Origin: Eledone cirrhosa
Taxonomy: Eukaryota
Length of the DNA: 64,000 nt
Direction: 5' to 3'
NCBI GenBank assembly: GCA_964016885.1
Contig: OZ024758.1
Location: forward strand, 30,008,001-30,072,000
The notes beneath the pieces are model-generated. The model saw only the letters and a list, made by a program, of their open reading frames with translations. It was not told the origin of the DNA and made no database searches. Each line of letters starts with the position of its first letter. Position 1 is the stretch's first letter. Below, one piece after another: positions 12,705-25,506 of this stretch. Position numbers and translations under genes: made by a program.

Positions 12705-13310
12705 ATATATATATGTGTGTATGTGTGTGTCTGTTAGTTAGGTGTGTAACAACAGTTACAGGTGGTGCTCCGTCCAACGCACTCAATGCTATTACAAGGT
12801 CCGTTTCTTCTGGGTTGTATTCCAGTGTTATGGCAGTAGTGTACTGAGTGTAAATAGATTTAAAAGAGTCAACGTCAGTGTTGCAGCATATGAAAAAACT
12901 TTATATATATATATATATAGCATTCCATCATAATCTTATGTCTGCTCCAAATAGAAAACTTAGTTATATTACTAAATCACTCCAAATTCAGTATTATTTT
13001 CACTGTATTTCATTAGAAACATGGTAATAAAAGGGATAATTAAAAAACTAACTGTAAACTAATGTTATTGTGAAAGCATGTTAACATATTCTCAATGAGT
13101 TGTATATTGTAATAGAATGTCCCTGTCTCATTATTAATACTTCCGGATCAGATTTCTAATGAATTACACTCTATTTCAATAAATTCATTAATTAAGAATT
13201 TTTGGCAGGATTTACTAAAATTATTGTTTCATTATTAAGATAGTTATTTGACGTATGATTCTTATATAAAATTATATTGGATGATTTTAATTTAAATAGA
13301 AACCCTTTAA

Positions 13311-13520
13311 CCCTTTAGCATTTAAACTGGCCATATCCAGCTAGAATTCCCTCACTTCTTTCTGTTTAACTGGCTGCTCATACTCATCTTAAAGTATTGC
13401 TCTCAAAATAGATAATATCAAAATCTCATAGATTCGATATCATGTGAGGTAATTATGTGAAATAAAGTGATTACCATGAAAATACAATAGTAAATATAAA
13501 GTAATGTAAATGGTAAAGGG
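13311..13520. mobile_element. piggyBac-like MITE (~200 bp) with TTAA TSD
   Basis: TTAA|CCCTTTAGCATTTA...TAAATGGTAAAGGG|TTAA; other copies at ~965-1165, 15331-15537, 42156-42350, 42560-42717, 58480-58690. Confidence 0.8.
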
Positions 13521-13764
13521 TTAAAATGGGTGGCTTTCTTTTATAGAACTGTAACTGATTTGGGCTGGGTTGGGCCCATGTAATTGAACAACAAATGGCT
13601 AGCTCTTACTTCTGGGTTCAAACCTTGCTGTGACTGAATTAGGTTTATTTGTGTTCTTGTTCTTTTCTTTGTATTTGTTAGTAAAATAGGTGCAGAAATC
13701 AATTTTGTGGTTATTATGAAACTGTAACCAATAAATCTGGGTTTGTTTCTGTTGAGAATCATTT

Positions 13765-14195
13765 TGGCAGTATCAGTAGAGCATTGAACACCCTTCTTCA
13801 CGGCACATAGTTACGGCCCTTTATGTCCTGAGTTCAAATCCCGTCGAGGTTAACTCTGCCTTTCATCCTTACGAGGCCGATAAAATAAAGTACCAGTAAT
13901 GCACTGGGGTCAAATTAATCAACTTTCCCCTCTCCCTAAAAAATTGCTGGCCTTGTGCCTAAAGTAGAAACAATTATTTGGTAGTGGAGGGCGGTGGATC
14001 GGTAGAGGGTCGGACGCCATGCTTTCCAGCATAGAGTTACGCCCCTTTACGGACTGTGTTCAAATCCCACCAAGGTTAACTTTGCCTTTCATCCTTACGG
14101 AGGTCGATAAAATAAAGTACCAGTAATGCACTGGGCTTGACTTAATTGACTTTTCCCTGCCCCAAAATTGCTGGCCTTGTGCCTAAAGTAGAAAT
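13765..14195 (+). mobile_element. Two tandem family A SINEs
   Basis: Same head, core and tail as 2821-3005. Confidence 0.85.
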
Positions 14196-14349
14196 CCCTT
14201 GCTGCTGTGTCTTTCATTACACCTATTACTCTGTGGAAATGTTGTTGCATTCAGACTGTCACCTTTTCTTACCTAATTTCTGCTGAATTCAAATCTGAGC
14301 TCAGATTTTCTCTAAACAACAGATTTTTTTGCAATTCAAGTTTTCCATT

Positions 14350-14658
14350 CTTTATCATTTTCATTTTACGTCCGCTTTTCCCTGCTTGCAAGGGTGGGAC
14401 GGGAACTGATTCTGGCTTGATTTCTACAGCTGGATGCCCTTCCTAACACCAACCTCATTTACAGTGAGTGCTGGGTGCTTTTTTGCCGTGGCACCTCCAC
14501 GACTACTTTGCAGTGGAATGATAGGGACCCAGTCCCTATCATCTCATTTCTACAGCTGAGTAAACTGGAGCAATGTGAAATAAAGTGTCTTGCTCAAGGA
14601 AACACCACATCATCCAGTCTGAGAATTGAACTCACAACCTTTCGATTGCAAGGCCAAT
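14350..14658 (-). mobile_element. Family B SINE lacking the start of its tRNA head
   Basis: Near-identical reverse complement of 12395-12700. Confidence 0.85.
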
Positions 14659-14684
14659 CTATCTCTCTTTATCCATTGCTAGTG

Positions 14685-15125
14685 CCATGAAAAATGCACC
14701 CAGTACACCCTGTAAGGTGCTTGGTGATAGGAATGGCATCCCATTGTAGAAACCAATTCAAAAAGGTTTGAGGATTCTTCAGTTGTGTTAATGGCATGAC
14801 ACCCTCTCTAGTGTTGGTGATCTACCTGATAAATGCACCCAGTACACTCTGTAAAGTGGTTGGTGATATGAAGAGCATCCAGCTGTTGAAAGCTTGTCAA
14901 ACAAAGAGTCGGAAGGACTCTTCGGTTGTGTCAAGGACTTGGCAACCTCTCTAGTGTTGGTGATTTACATGAGAAATGCACCCAGTATACTCTGTAAAGT
15001 TGTTTAGTGGTAGGAAGGGCATCCAACCATAGAAAACCTGCCAAACACAGGGCAGAAGGGTTCTTCGGCTATATCTAAGATATGACAACCTCCCTAGTGC
15101 TGGTACCATGATAAAATGCATCCAG
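14685..15125 (+). repeat. Degenerate ~140-bp tandem copies of a SINE/LINE core segment
   Basis: AAATGCACCCAGTACACTCTGTAAAGTGGTTGG...GGCATCC repeated three times plus a partial copy; inverse versions at ~41690-41945 and ~54170-54400. Confidence 0.65.
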
Positions 15126-15330
15126 TAGAGAACAGGAATATATGTAAGCAAGATTCACGCACCTGGTCCATCTGAGAGGTCATTAACCCTACTTGAGTAC
15201 AGACTTGGTCTGTGGAGACCCATCCAACTGTTGCTGGAAAGATGGATGTTAAATGATGATGATGATGATGATGATCACATGCTAATAACAGCACATTTTT
15301 TTGGGGGGTGGGGGGGTATATTGTCTTTAA

Positions 15331-15537
15331 CCTTTTAGTGTTCAAACCGGCCAAAACCGGCCATAATTCTCTAGCTTTTTCTGTTGAAACTGGCTGTAAC
15401 TGGTCGCTCAAACTCATGTTAAGGTATTGTTCTCAAAATAAATACTTTCAAAATCTCATAGATTCGATATTATGTGAGATAAAGCCTTTTCCATGGAAAT
15501 ATAATAGTATATATAGAGTAATGTGAACACTAAAGGG
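15331..15537. mobile_element. piggyBac-like MITE copy
   Basis: TTAA-flanked, same family as 13311-13520. Confidence 0.8.
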
Positions 15538-15723
15538 TTAATGTCCCCCTATTTTCATATCTGTCTCTTTATATAGTCAAAGACCCTGTCCATGTTATTG
15601 GACATTGTGGTATGGCTCATAACTGTCTGCCACTCACCTGAGTATAACTCCATTTGAGTTATACTCAAATTGAATATAACTATTGCACCAAACTTGAAGT
15701 GAGATTGTCATATGTTCTTATTG

Positions 15724-15942
15724 TGCGGTGGATTGGCAATATTGGTAGAGTGTCGGACAACACGCTTTGTAACATAGAGTTATGGCCCTTTACGTTCTGT
15801 GTTCAAATCCCACCAAAGTTAGTTTTGTCTTTCATCCTTACGGGGTTGATAAAATAAAGTACCAGTAATGCACTGGGGTTGATTTAATCGACTTCCCCCT
15901 CCCCTTCAAATTGCTGGCCTTGTGCCTAAAGTAGAAACAATT
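15724..15942 (+). mobile_element. Family A SINE
   Basis: Head, core and GTAGAAACAATT tail. Confidence 0.8.
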
Positions 15943-15981
15943 AGTTTTTTATTGTGTGTGTGTGTCTATATATACTGTATC

Positions 15982-18855
15982 GCCATACCTGTGTATGTCC
16001 TGTCTACCTTGTGATATTTGTGCATGTGCTGTTTACCTTGCCATACCTGTGTATGTCCTGTCTACCTTGCCTTACCTGTTTATGTCCTGTCTACCTTGCC
16101 ATACCTGTGTATGTCCTGTTTACCTTGCCATACCTGTGTATGTCCTGTTTACCTTGCCATACCTGTGTATGTCCTATTTGCCTTGCCTTACCTGTTTATG
16201 TCCTGTCTACCTTGCCATACCTGTGTATGTCCTGTCTACCTTGCCTTACCTGTTTATGTCCTGTCTACCTTGCCATACCTGTGTATGTCCTGTTTACCTT
16301 GCCATACCTGTGTATGTCCTGTTTACCTTGCCATACCTGTGTATGTCCTGTTTACCTTGCCATACCTGTGTATGTCCTGTCTACCTTGTGATATTTGTGC
16401 ATGTGCTGTTTACCTTGCCATACCTGTGTATGTCCTGTCTACCTTGCCATACCTGTGTATGTCCTATCTACCTTGCCTTACCTGTGTATGTCCTGTCTAC
16501 CTTGCCTTACCTGTTTATGTCCTGTCTACCTTGCCTTACCTGTTTATGTCCTGTCTACCTTGCCATACCTGTGTATGTCCTGTCTACCTTGCCTTACCTG
16601 TTTATGTCCTGTCTACCTTGCCATACCTGTGTATGTCCTGTCTACCTTGCCATACCTGTGTATGTCCTATCTACCTTGCCTTACCTGTGTATGTCCTGTC
16701 TACCTTGCCATACCTGTGTATGTCCTGTCTACCTTGCCTTACCTGTTTATGTCCTGTCTACCTTGCCATACCTGTGTATGTCCTGTCTACCTTGCCTTAC
16801 CTGTTTATGTCCTGTCTACCTTGCCATACCTGTGTATGTCCTGTCTACCTTGCCATACCTGTGTATGTCCTATCTACCTTGCCTTACCTGTTTATGTCCT
16901 GTCTACCTTGCCATACCTGTGTATGTCCTGTCTACCTTGCCTTACCTGTTTATGTCCTGTCTACCTTGCCATACCTGTGTATGTCCTGTCTACCTTGCCT
17001 TACCTGTTTATGTCCTGTCTACCTTGCCATACCTGTGTATGTCCTGTTTACCTTGCCATACCTGTGTATGTCCTGTTTACCTTGCCATACCTGTGTATGT
17101 CCTGTCTACCTTGTGATATTTGTGCATGTGCTGTTTGCCTTGCCATACTTGTGTATGTCCTATTTACCTTGCCATACCTGTGTATGTCCTGTCTACCTTG
17201 TGATATTTGTGCATGTGCTGTTTACCTTGCCATACTTGTGTATGTCCTGTCTACCTTGCCATACTTGTGTATGTCCTGTCTACCTTGCCATACCTGTGTA
17301 TGTCCTGTTTACCTTGCCATACCTGTGTATGTCCTGTTTACCTTGTGATATTTGTGCATGTGCTGTTTACCTTGCCATACCTGTGTATGTCCTGTTTGCC
17401 TTGCCTTACCTGTGTATGTCCTGTTTACCTTGTGATATTTGTGCATGTGCTGTTTACCTTGCCATACCTGTGTATGTCCTGTTTACCTTGCCATACCTGT
17501 GTATGTCCTGTCTACCTTGTGATATTTGTGCATGTGCTGTTTACCTTGCCATACCTGTGTATGTCCTGTTTACCTTGCCATACCTGTGTATGTCCTGTTT
17601 ACCTTGCCATACCTGTGTATGTCCTGTTTACCTTGCCTTACCTGTGTATGTTCTGTCTACCTTGCCATACCTGTGTATGTCCTGTTTACCTTGCCATACC
17701 TGTGTATGTCCTGTTTACCTTGCCATACCTGTGTATGTCCTGTTTACCTTGCCATACCTGTGTATGTCCTGTTTACCTTGCCATACCTGTGTATGTCCTA
17801 TTTGCCTTGCCTTACCTGTGTATGTCCTGTCTACCTTGCCTTACCTGTGTATGTCCTGTCTACCTTGCCATACCTGTGTATGTCCTGTTTACCTTGCCAT
17901 ACCTGTGTATGTCCTGTTTACCTTGCCATACCTGTGTATGTCCTGTTTACCTTGCCATACCTGTGTATGTCCTGTCTACCTTGCCATACCTGTGTATGTC
18001 CTGTTTACCTTGCCATACCTGTGTATGTCCTGTTTACCTTGCCATACCTGTGTATGTCCTGTTTACCTTGCCATACCTGTGTATGTCCTGTCTACCTTGC
18101 CTTACCTGTGTATGTTCTGTCTACCTTGCCATACCTGTATGTCCTGTCTACCTTGTGATATTTGTGCATGTGCTGTTTACCTTGCCATACTTGTGTATGT
18201 CCTATTTACCTTGCCATACCTGTGTATGTCCTGTTTACCTTGTGATATTTGTGCATGTGCTGTTTACCTTGCCATACCTGTGTATGTCCTGTCTACCTTG
18301 CCATACCTGTGTATGTCCTATCTACCTTGCCTTACCTGTGTATGTCCTGTCTACCTTGCCATACCTGTGTATGTCCTGTTTACCTTGCCATACCTGTGTA
18401 TGTCCTGTTTACCTTGCCATACCTGTGTATGTCCTGTTTACCTTGCCATACCTGTGTATGTCCTGTTTACCTTGTGATATTTGTGCATGTGCTGTTTACC
18501 TTGCCATACCTGTGTATGTCCTATTTGCCTTGCCTTACCTGTGTATGTCCTGTCTAGCTAGCCATACCTGTGTATGTTCTGTCTACCTTGCCTTACCTGT
18601 GTATGTGCTGTCTAGCTAGCCATACCTGTGTATGTCCTGTCTAGCTAGCCATACCTGTGTATGTCCTGTCTAGCTAGCTATACCTGTGTATGTCCTGTCT
18701 AGCTAGCCATACCTGTGTATGTCCTGTCTAGCTAGCCATACCTGTGTATGTGCTGTCTAGCTAGCCATACCTGTGTTTGTGCTGTCTAGCTAGCCATACC
18801 TGTGTATGTCCTGTCTAGCTAGCCATACCTGTGTATGTGCTGTCTACCTTGCCAT
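15982..18855. repeat. 29-bp minisatellite, ~100 copies
   Basis: Unit CCATACCTGTGTATGTCCTGT(C/T)TACCTTG with recurrent variants; source of the spurious Cys-rich ORFs. Confidence 0.97.
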
Positions 18856-19022
18856 GCTTCTGTGTGTATATGTTACGTTATCTTGCCACACCTATGTGTA
18901 TGTGTTTTTTTATTACCATACTTCTATGTTTTTCCCTGTTTCCCTTACAATACTTATATATGCTATACTGATGTGTGTGTGTATATATATATAAGCAGAA
19001 ATATATACACATATATATATAC

Positions 19023-19254
19023 ATATTGTTATACTTTGGTAGGGTCATGTTGCCAATAAAAACACATGCACCTGTTGGTTTTTACTTCAATTTAAAAACC
19101 CAGTCACTGTGATGAAAGAACTTTGACAATATATAAACAACCTTCCAGTTATCCAAACAACCAACCAACCGGGAATTTATAATAAATTAAAGTGAAAACC
19201 AACAGGTGCATGTGTTTTTATTTGCAACATGACCCTACCAAAGTATAACAATAT
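19023..19254. repeat. ~70-bp inverted repeat in a TA-flanked insert
   Basis: ATATTGTTATACTTTGGTAGGGTCATGTTG... pairs with ...CAACATGACCCTACCAAAGTATAACAATAT. Confidence 0.85.
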
Positions 19255-19651
19255 CTGTTTCAACACACGTTTTCAGATAAGAAATATATATGTTACTTGT
19301 CCCATGTCTGCGTCTTGTTAACACTGAAATACCTATTTACCTTATACTCTATTTTGCCTGTCTGTCTGTCTCTTCTTCTTCCTGTCTTCCTTTTATCTAG
19401 CTGTCTTCCTAACCATCGATTTATTCAACTACCTGATTGTCTATTTGTTTAATTTTTTCTGTATCAACATGTCTGTTAATATTACCTTTCTAAATGTCAA
19501 CTTGATAAACAAACATGTCTCTATATATGTGTGTGGGTGTGTCATCATCATCATCATCATCATTTTACTGCCGCTTTTCCCTGCTTGCAAGGGAATATAT
19601 ATATGTGTGTGTGTGTGTGTATATATATGTGTATATATATATGTATATATA

Positions 19652-20214
19652 CGAGGTGGTATCAAAAGGTTTCCAAATTAGCTCTGTAAGTGTACCAAAG
19701 AAGCCAGCACAGGGTTGTTCATACAATGATAGTTAGCGGTGACTGTCATAAGTCAGTGTACCAAGTGACATCATTAGTTGTCATGTCTATGTGCAAGTCT
19801 GCAATTATATCATGGACATCGGGCGAAAGCGACTGGATCTGTGGCGCGTGAATAACTGGATTCTCCACGATGACAATACACCCTGTCATCAAGCACTCAT
19901 CACCTGTGAGTTTCTCGCTAAGCATAACAAACCATCACTTCCGCACCCACCCTACTCGCCAGATTTAGCTCCTACAGACTTCTTCATTTCCCCGAAGATG
20001 AAAACCAAGCTCAAAGGTCGCCGTTTTAACACTGTTGCTAGAAACACAAAAGGTTCTCAACAGGTTTACAAAAGATGACTTTGAGGCCACATTCCAGGAG
20101 AGACAGAAACGCAGAGATGGGTGCAATGCTGTGCATGGGGACTATTTCGAAGGAGATGATGTTTAAACTTATGTTGATAAAGAGTTAGTTCAGAAACTGT
20201 TTGACTTTCCCTCG
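19652..20214 (+). mobile_element. Internally deleted mariner transposon
   Basis: TA|CGAGG...CCTCG|TA ends; peptide WILHDDNTPCH...HPPYSPDLAPTDFF (DD34D region). Confidence 0.88.
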
Positions 20215-20242
20215 TATATATATACACACACTCACTCACATT

Positions 20243-20425
20243 GTGGAGGTGTGTGGCCTAGTGGTAAGGCTGTTGAACTTACGATCATAATATTGTGGGT
20301 TTGATTCCTGCCCTGGGTTGTGTTTTCATATCACATTGCTCCAGTATACTCAGCTGAAAATGAGTACCAGCAATAGCTGGGGGTTTAACCCTGTAATGGA
20401 CTGAAGTCCGGGATAAACACCAGCC
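20243..20425 (+). mobile_element. tRNA-derived SINE with Meta-domain-like core (also 33230-33495 -, 42070-42425 -, 58335-58470 -)
   Basis: tRNA-like head; GCTCCAGTATACTCAGCTGAAAATGAGTACC core. Confidence 0.7.
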
Positions 20426-20462
20426 TAACGAGCCTTCTGGCTTAAGACAGACTTTAAACTTA

Positions 20463-20465
<3 letters not shown>

Positions 20466-20541
<76 letters not shown>

Positions 20542-20553
20542 TATATGTATATA

Positions 20554-20648
<95 letters not shown>

Positions 20649-20658
20649 GTATATATAT

Positions 20659-20691
<33 letters not shown>

Positions 20692-20726
20692 CATACATAT
20701 ATATATGTATATATATATATACATAC

Positions 20727-20757
<31 letters not shown>

Positions 20758-20760
20758 TAC

Positions 20761-20791
<31 letters not shown>

Positions 20792-20947
20792 TACATATAT
20801 ATATGTATATATATATATGTATATATATACATATATATATATATATGTATATATATACATACATATATATATATGTATATATGTATATATATGTATATAT
20901 ATATGTATATATACATATATATATATATGTATATATACATATATATA

Positions 20948-21036
<89 letters not shown>

Positions 21037-21107
21037 GTATGTATATATACATATGTATGTATATATATATATGTATGTATATATATATATATGTATGTAT
21101 ATATATA

Positions 21108-21206
<99 letters not shown>

Positions 21207-21207
21207 G

Positions 21208-21242
<35 letters not shown>

Positions 21243-21248
21243 GTATAA

Positions 21249-21288
<40 letters not shown>

Positions 21289-21312
21289 TTTTCTATATAT
21301 ATGTATATATAC

Positions 21313-21391
<79 letters not shown>

Positions 21392-21400
21392 TATATATAC

Positions 21401-21454
<54 letters not shown>

Positions 21455-21465
21455 GTATATATATG

Positions 21466-21496
<31 letters not shown>

Positions 21497-21687
21497 GTAT
21501 ATATATATATGTATATATATATGTATATATATATATGTATATATATATGTATATATATATATGTATATATATATGTATATATATATATATGTATATATAT
21601 ATATGTATATATATATATGTATATATATATATGTATATATATATATGTATATATATATATGTATATATATATATGTATATATATATG

Positions 21688-21734
<47 letters not shown>

Positions 21735-21749
21735 GTATATATATATATG

Positions 21750-21780
<31 letters not shown>

Positions 21781-21909
21781 GTATATGTATATATATATGT
21801 ATATATATGTATATATATATGTATATATATGTATATATATATATATGTATATGTATATATATATGTATATATATGTATATATATATGTATATATATGTAT
21901 ATATATATG

Positions 21910-21958
<49 letters not shown>

Positions 21959-21987
21959 GTATATATATATATGTATATATATATATG

Positions 21988-22018
<31 letters not shown>

Positions 22019-22047
22019 GTATATATATATATGTATATATATATATG

Positions 22048-22097
<50 letters not shown>
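20466..22097. repeat. ~1.6-kb interrupted (TA)n microsatellite
   Basis: Directly visible; source of the YI-rich spurious ORFs. Confidence 0.97.
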
Positions 22098-22098
<1 letters not shown>

Positions 22099-22135
22099 TC
22101 TCAAACACGTTGGTGCATATTATCTGCTATAGCCA

Positions 22136-22321
22136 AGGGCGGTGGATTGTCAGTATCGGTAGAGAGTCGGACGCCATGCTTTCTACCATAGTTACGTCCC
22201 TTTACAGTCTGAGTTCAAATCCCGCCAAGGTTAACTTTGCCTTTCATCCTTACGGGGTCGATAAAATAAAGTACCAGTAATGCACTGGGTAATTGCTGGC
22301 CTTGTGCCTAAAGTAGAAACA
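22136..22321 (+). mobile_element. Family A SINE with 17-bp TSD
   Basis: ATTATCTGCTATAGCCA at 22119-22135 and 22322-22338. Confidence 0.9.
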
Positions 22322-22571
22322 ATTATCTGCTATAGCCATGTTTCCAACCATGCAGTTTACTTCTATTTCATCTGTAATCAACCAGTTATAAAATACCACA
22401 GAGACAGCTAGAAAGTGTTAGATGATCTACTTATTAAATTTATAAATTTCTCTAATGACGACAACAACATCAACCATGAGGTGATAATGATAAATTTTGA
22501 CAAACTTCTTGATATTTCAAATTAAGTAGATTCTACACTCAAATGTCTGGTATGTACTCACAAATAATTGG

Positions 22572-22700
22572 GATGTACACTTGGACGAGTGGCTTGTACA
22601 CTCGGATGAGTGACTTGTACACTCGGATGAGTGACTTGTACACTGAGATGAATGACTTGTACACTCGGATGAGTGACTTATACCGTAGGATGAGTGTACA
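22572..22700. repeat. 21-bp tandem repeat, ~6 copies
   Basis: Unit GACTTGTACACTCGGATGAGT. Confidence 0.85.
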
Positions 22701-22840
22701 GGCTAGGACACTCAAATGGATAAACCATGACCTCCAATAAGTGGAATGTTACACTGCTAAAGCCCTGTCCAGCAGTGTTTGTCTACACCCCCTAATATAT
22801 TACACAACTACATACTACTCCTGTTGTTTCCTTGTTACAG

Positions 22841-22964
22841 AAACCTGCCACGTGCCATTTGGATCTCCCTCCCCGTTATAACATCTGTGTATGTCTTTGC
22901 AAACATCGCATACTTTGCTGTATTGACTCCATTGGAGTTGAAAGAGTCGGAAGCAGTTGCTGTG
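22841..22964 (+). CDS. SLC7 amino acid transporter exon (124 nt): (R)NLPRAIWISLPVITSVYVFANIAYFAVLTPLELKESEAVAV
   Basis: ttacAG acceptor, GTGAGT donor; typical LAT TM7 segment. Confidence 0.95.
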
Positions 22965-23807
22965 GTGAGTAACTTAATGTATGAATGTCTCTTCCCAAAT
23001 TATAATGCTGCTCTAGCGCCATCTGCTGGCTACGAATGACCCCATTTCCATTCATAATGCTGCACCAGTGCCATTTGCTGGTTAAAAGCTATGCTACCAT
23101 TTTTTTATGTGTTAATAGAACATTTTTTTAAATCATAGTAAAATAATAGACTGTGCTTGAAAGTAGCAGTTGAAAACAAATCTTTTTTTAAAAATAGTTT
23201 TGAAATGACTCCCCATTTTTTTTCTATCTTTGCCTCCATCTTGAAATTTCTAACAGTGGGTTTGGTTTCAGTTGAGTGGCAACGTTTTAAATTTATCTTC
23301 TTAAAATAAGTTCTTCATTTTTTTTTCTTTTTAGGGGTTTCTTTCTACTTCCTTTGCCTAATGTTTTCCTTTGTTAGCATGTCAACAAGCACACCCTGTT
23401 TCTCCACCTTAAACTTCTTTATATTGTTTGTTTGAATAATATTCTTGCTTTCTCAAATCCCTACAGATATTATCTACCCTCAACCATTGCATCCTTTTGT
23501 GGAAATTTTATTTAAATCACTCTCCCCACCACAGAAGCAACATGAAATGAAAAAAAAATAAACAAAAAAAAAATTGTCAACAAAAACGTATTTTCACGTG
23601 TCTCTTTTTAAAGGAGTGGACCAGATTGAAAGCTGTTTTAATATTTTATCTTGCTAACATAACAAGCTTGCAAATGTTCTTTTTTTCTTTTCTTATTTAC
23701 CTCCACCTTCTTTTATATTTGTCTGTCTTGTTTCTGCATTTTTCTGTTTGTTCTCCATAAGTTTATCTAAAGTCAGCCATGTTGTCTTTCCTTTATATAT
23801 TTTTTAG

Positions 23808-23911
23808 ACATTTGCAGACAAAACAATGGGAATTATGTCTTGGATCATGCCGCTGTTTGTTTCCTGTTCAACATTTGGAGGTTTAAATGGTGCTATCTTT
23901 GCTGGTTCTCG
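23808..23911 (+). CDS. SLC7 exon (104 nt): [34 protein letters not shown](R)
   Basis: tttttAG acceptor, GTAAGC donor; TM8 motif STFGGLNG; phase compatible with neighbours. Confidence 0.95.
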
Positions 23912-24347
23912 GTAAGCATTAGATTTCTCTCTTTCCTGTCATTTTTCATAGCCGTATAGCCTAGTGGTTAGAGAGTCATTTTGACAATTGTGAGGTTTGA
24001 GTTCAATTCCCAGACAGGGTGATGTGTTGTGTCCTTGAGCAAGACACTTTATTTCACGTTGTTCTTTCTGCCAGGAGTTGTGACCAGTAGATAGTATCAG
24101 CAATGGAAAGACCAATGGAAACATTGTTTCCATTGGTCTGATTTGACAAGGTCCACCCCACTTGGCAAATGAATAAGTTTTGGGATCTTGTTGATCGATC
24201 AGCGAGTGAGATGTCATTTTTGAAAAATCCTTTATCTAATACTAGCGGAGGTACCCGGTGTTGCCCAGTATAACTCTCAATGGAGTAGTCATTCAAATGA
24301 ACCGAAAGACTTCCGTTAAACACGACTATAGAAGTAACATTTTATAG

Positions 24348-24640
24348 GTGTTGGCCCTAAAGAGGGCCTTTGACTGTTCACTTTGAAATATCTCGGTGCT
24401 GCCAGCAAAGACGAATCCGCTGGTAACAATTTAAAGTTGGTGGCCCTGAAGAGGGCCTTGGATCGTTCACTCTTAAAAGTCCCAGCGGCAGAGCTGTCAG
24501 CAAAAACGACTCCGATTAGAGGTGGTGGCCCTTAAGAAGTCCTTCACACCACTTTGGTGTGTCGTATTTGCTTTGCTTGTTATTTGAGATTGTAACCTAG
24601 AAAAGCATGTAACAGTCGGTGGCCACAAAAACGGACCCTG
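24348..24640 (-). promoter_or_regulatory. Tandem histone-mRNA-type 3' stem-loops (2 intact, 2 degenerate) in ~88-bp repeats
   Basis: Minus strand reads AAA-GGCCCT-CTTT-AGGGCC-AACA (24353-24368) and CAA-GGCCCT-CTTC-AGGGCC-ACCA (24442-24457); degenerate copies at 24527-24542 and 24621-24637. Confidence 0.65.
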
Positions 24641-24913
24641 GCAAGATCACGCTGGAATGTCAAAAAAAATGTGTAAATAAGATGTAGGGAAAAGTAGATT
24701 AATTAGGTTAAAACTACGGAAGATCGATAGCAAAGCGTAATAGCAACATATAAATGTGGAAAACGGAGACATTGAACATTTATGACGTATAGCAAAAGCA
24801 ACCTCAGAGGCATACGTGGTAGTGTCAAAAGGACAAAAATAGCACACGGATACAGCAAATGTAAGCACTTATATAAAACAAAAACAGCGATTACTTGTTG
24901 GCGGAGGGGGTGC

Positions 24914-25406
24914 CTACAAAACTTGCTTATAGACTATATTTCGGGTTTTCTCGCGAGTTGCAAAAGCAAATAGGTTATGTCGGCTCCCCACTCGAGAGCA
25001 GCCAACATATAGTTGACCATGGGAGAAGCACGGTTCTTCTAAATTAAGCCCTACGACCGTCAGTGTCTGACCCTGTGATTTGTTAATCGACATGGCAAAA
25101 CTGAGCCGGAGAGGGAATTGCAGCCTTCTCAATGTGAAAGAAATGTCTTTACCGGATGGAATGAGAGGTATCCTTGGTATTAAGACAGTATCCCCCTTAC
25201 CACAACCTGTAAGTATTGTTGCCTCAATAACGAGGCATCGCCTTTTGGACGACCAGATGTGTGCCGGTGGAAAGCCTTCGGTGTTCCAAATTCCTAAGGA
25301 ACATGACAGGGGCACCTTTCTTAAGTCGCAGTAAGTGTGGTGGCAATCTGGGAGGGTCTAGGGAGTTAAGAAATTCTGTGGGGTAATTAACAGATGACTG
25401 TGCCAA
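24914..25406 (-). pseudogene. Helitron PIF1 helicase C-terminal fragment, frameshifted
   Basis: ORFs 25224-25406 and 24914-25315 carry SF1 helicase motifs V/VI. Confidence 0.88.
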
Positions 25407-25506
25407 AGAAATTCTACAAGATTGTCTATGGTGAATAATATATATATATTATATATAATATATATATCTGTATATGTATATATATTATATATATATATAT
25501 GTACAT

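Larger units (their letters stand above)
24242..25410 (-). mobile_element. Helitron 3' portion with PIF1-family helicase (RepHel) remnant
   Basis: YPTEFLNSLDPP..PPH.L.LKKGAPVM.LRNL and QFPLRLSFAMSINKSQGQTL...FSHGQLYVGCSRV; 3' hairpin GGGCAACACCGGG plus CTAG at 24242. Confidence 0.92.

Noticed and set aside
15954-18619. Long Cys-rich ORFs up to 819 aa
   Set aside because: Translations of the 29-bp minisatellite, open in all three frames; no splice or domain evidence.
20425-22280. YI-repeat ORFs (also 26748-27694)
   Set aside because: (TA)n microsatellite translations.
24790-24835. hAT-like PFDTTTYASEVAF peptide inside the Helitron
   Set aside because: Short resemblance only; flanking residues do not continue the domain.
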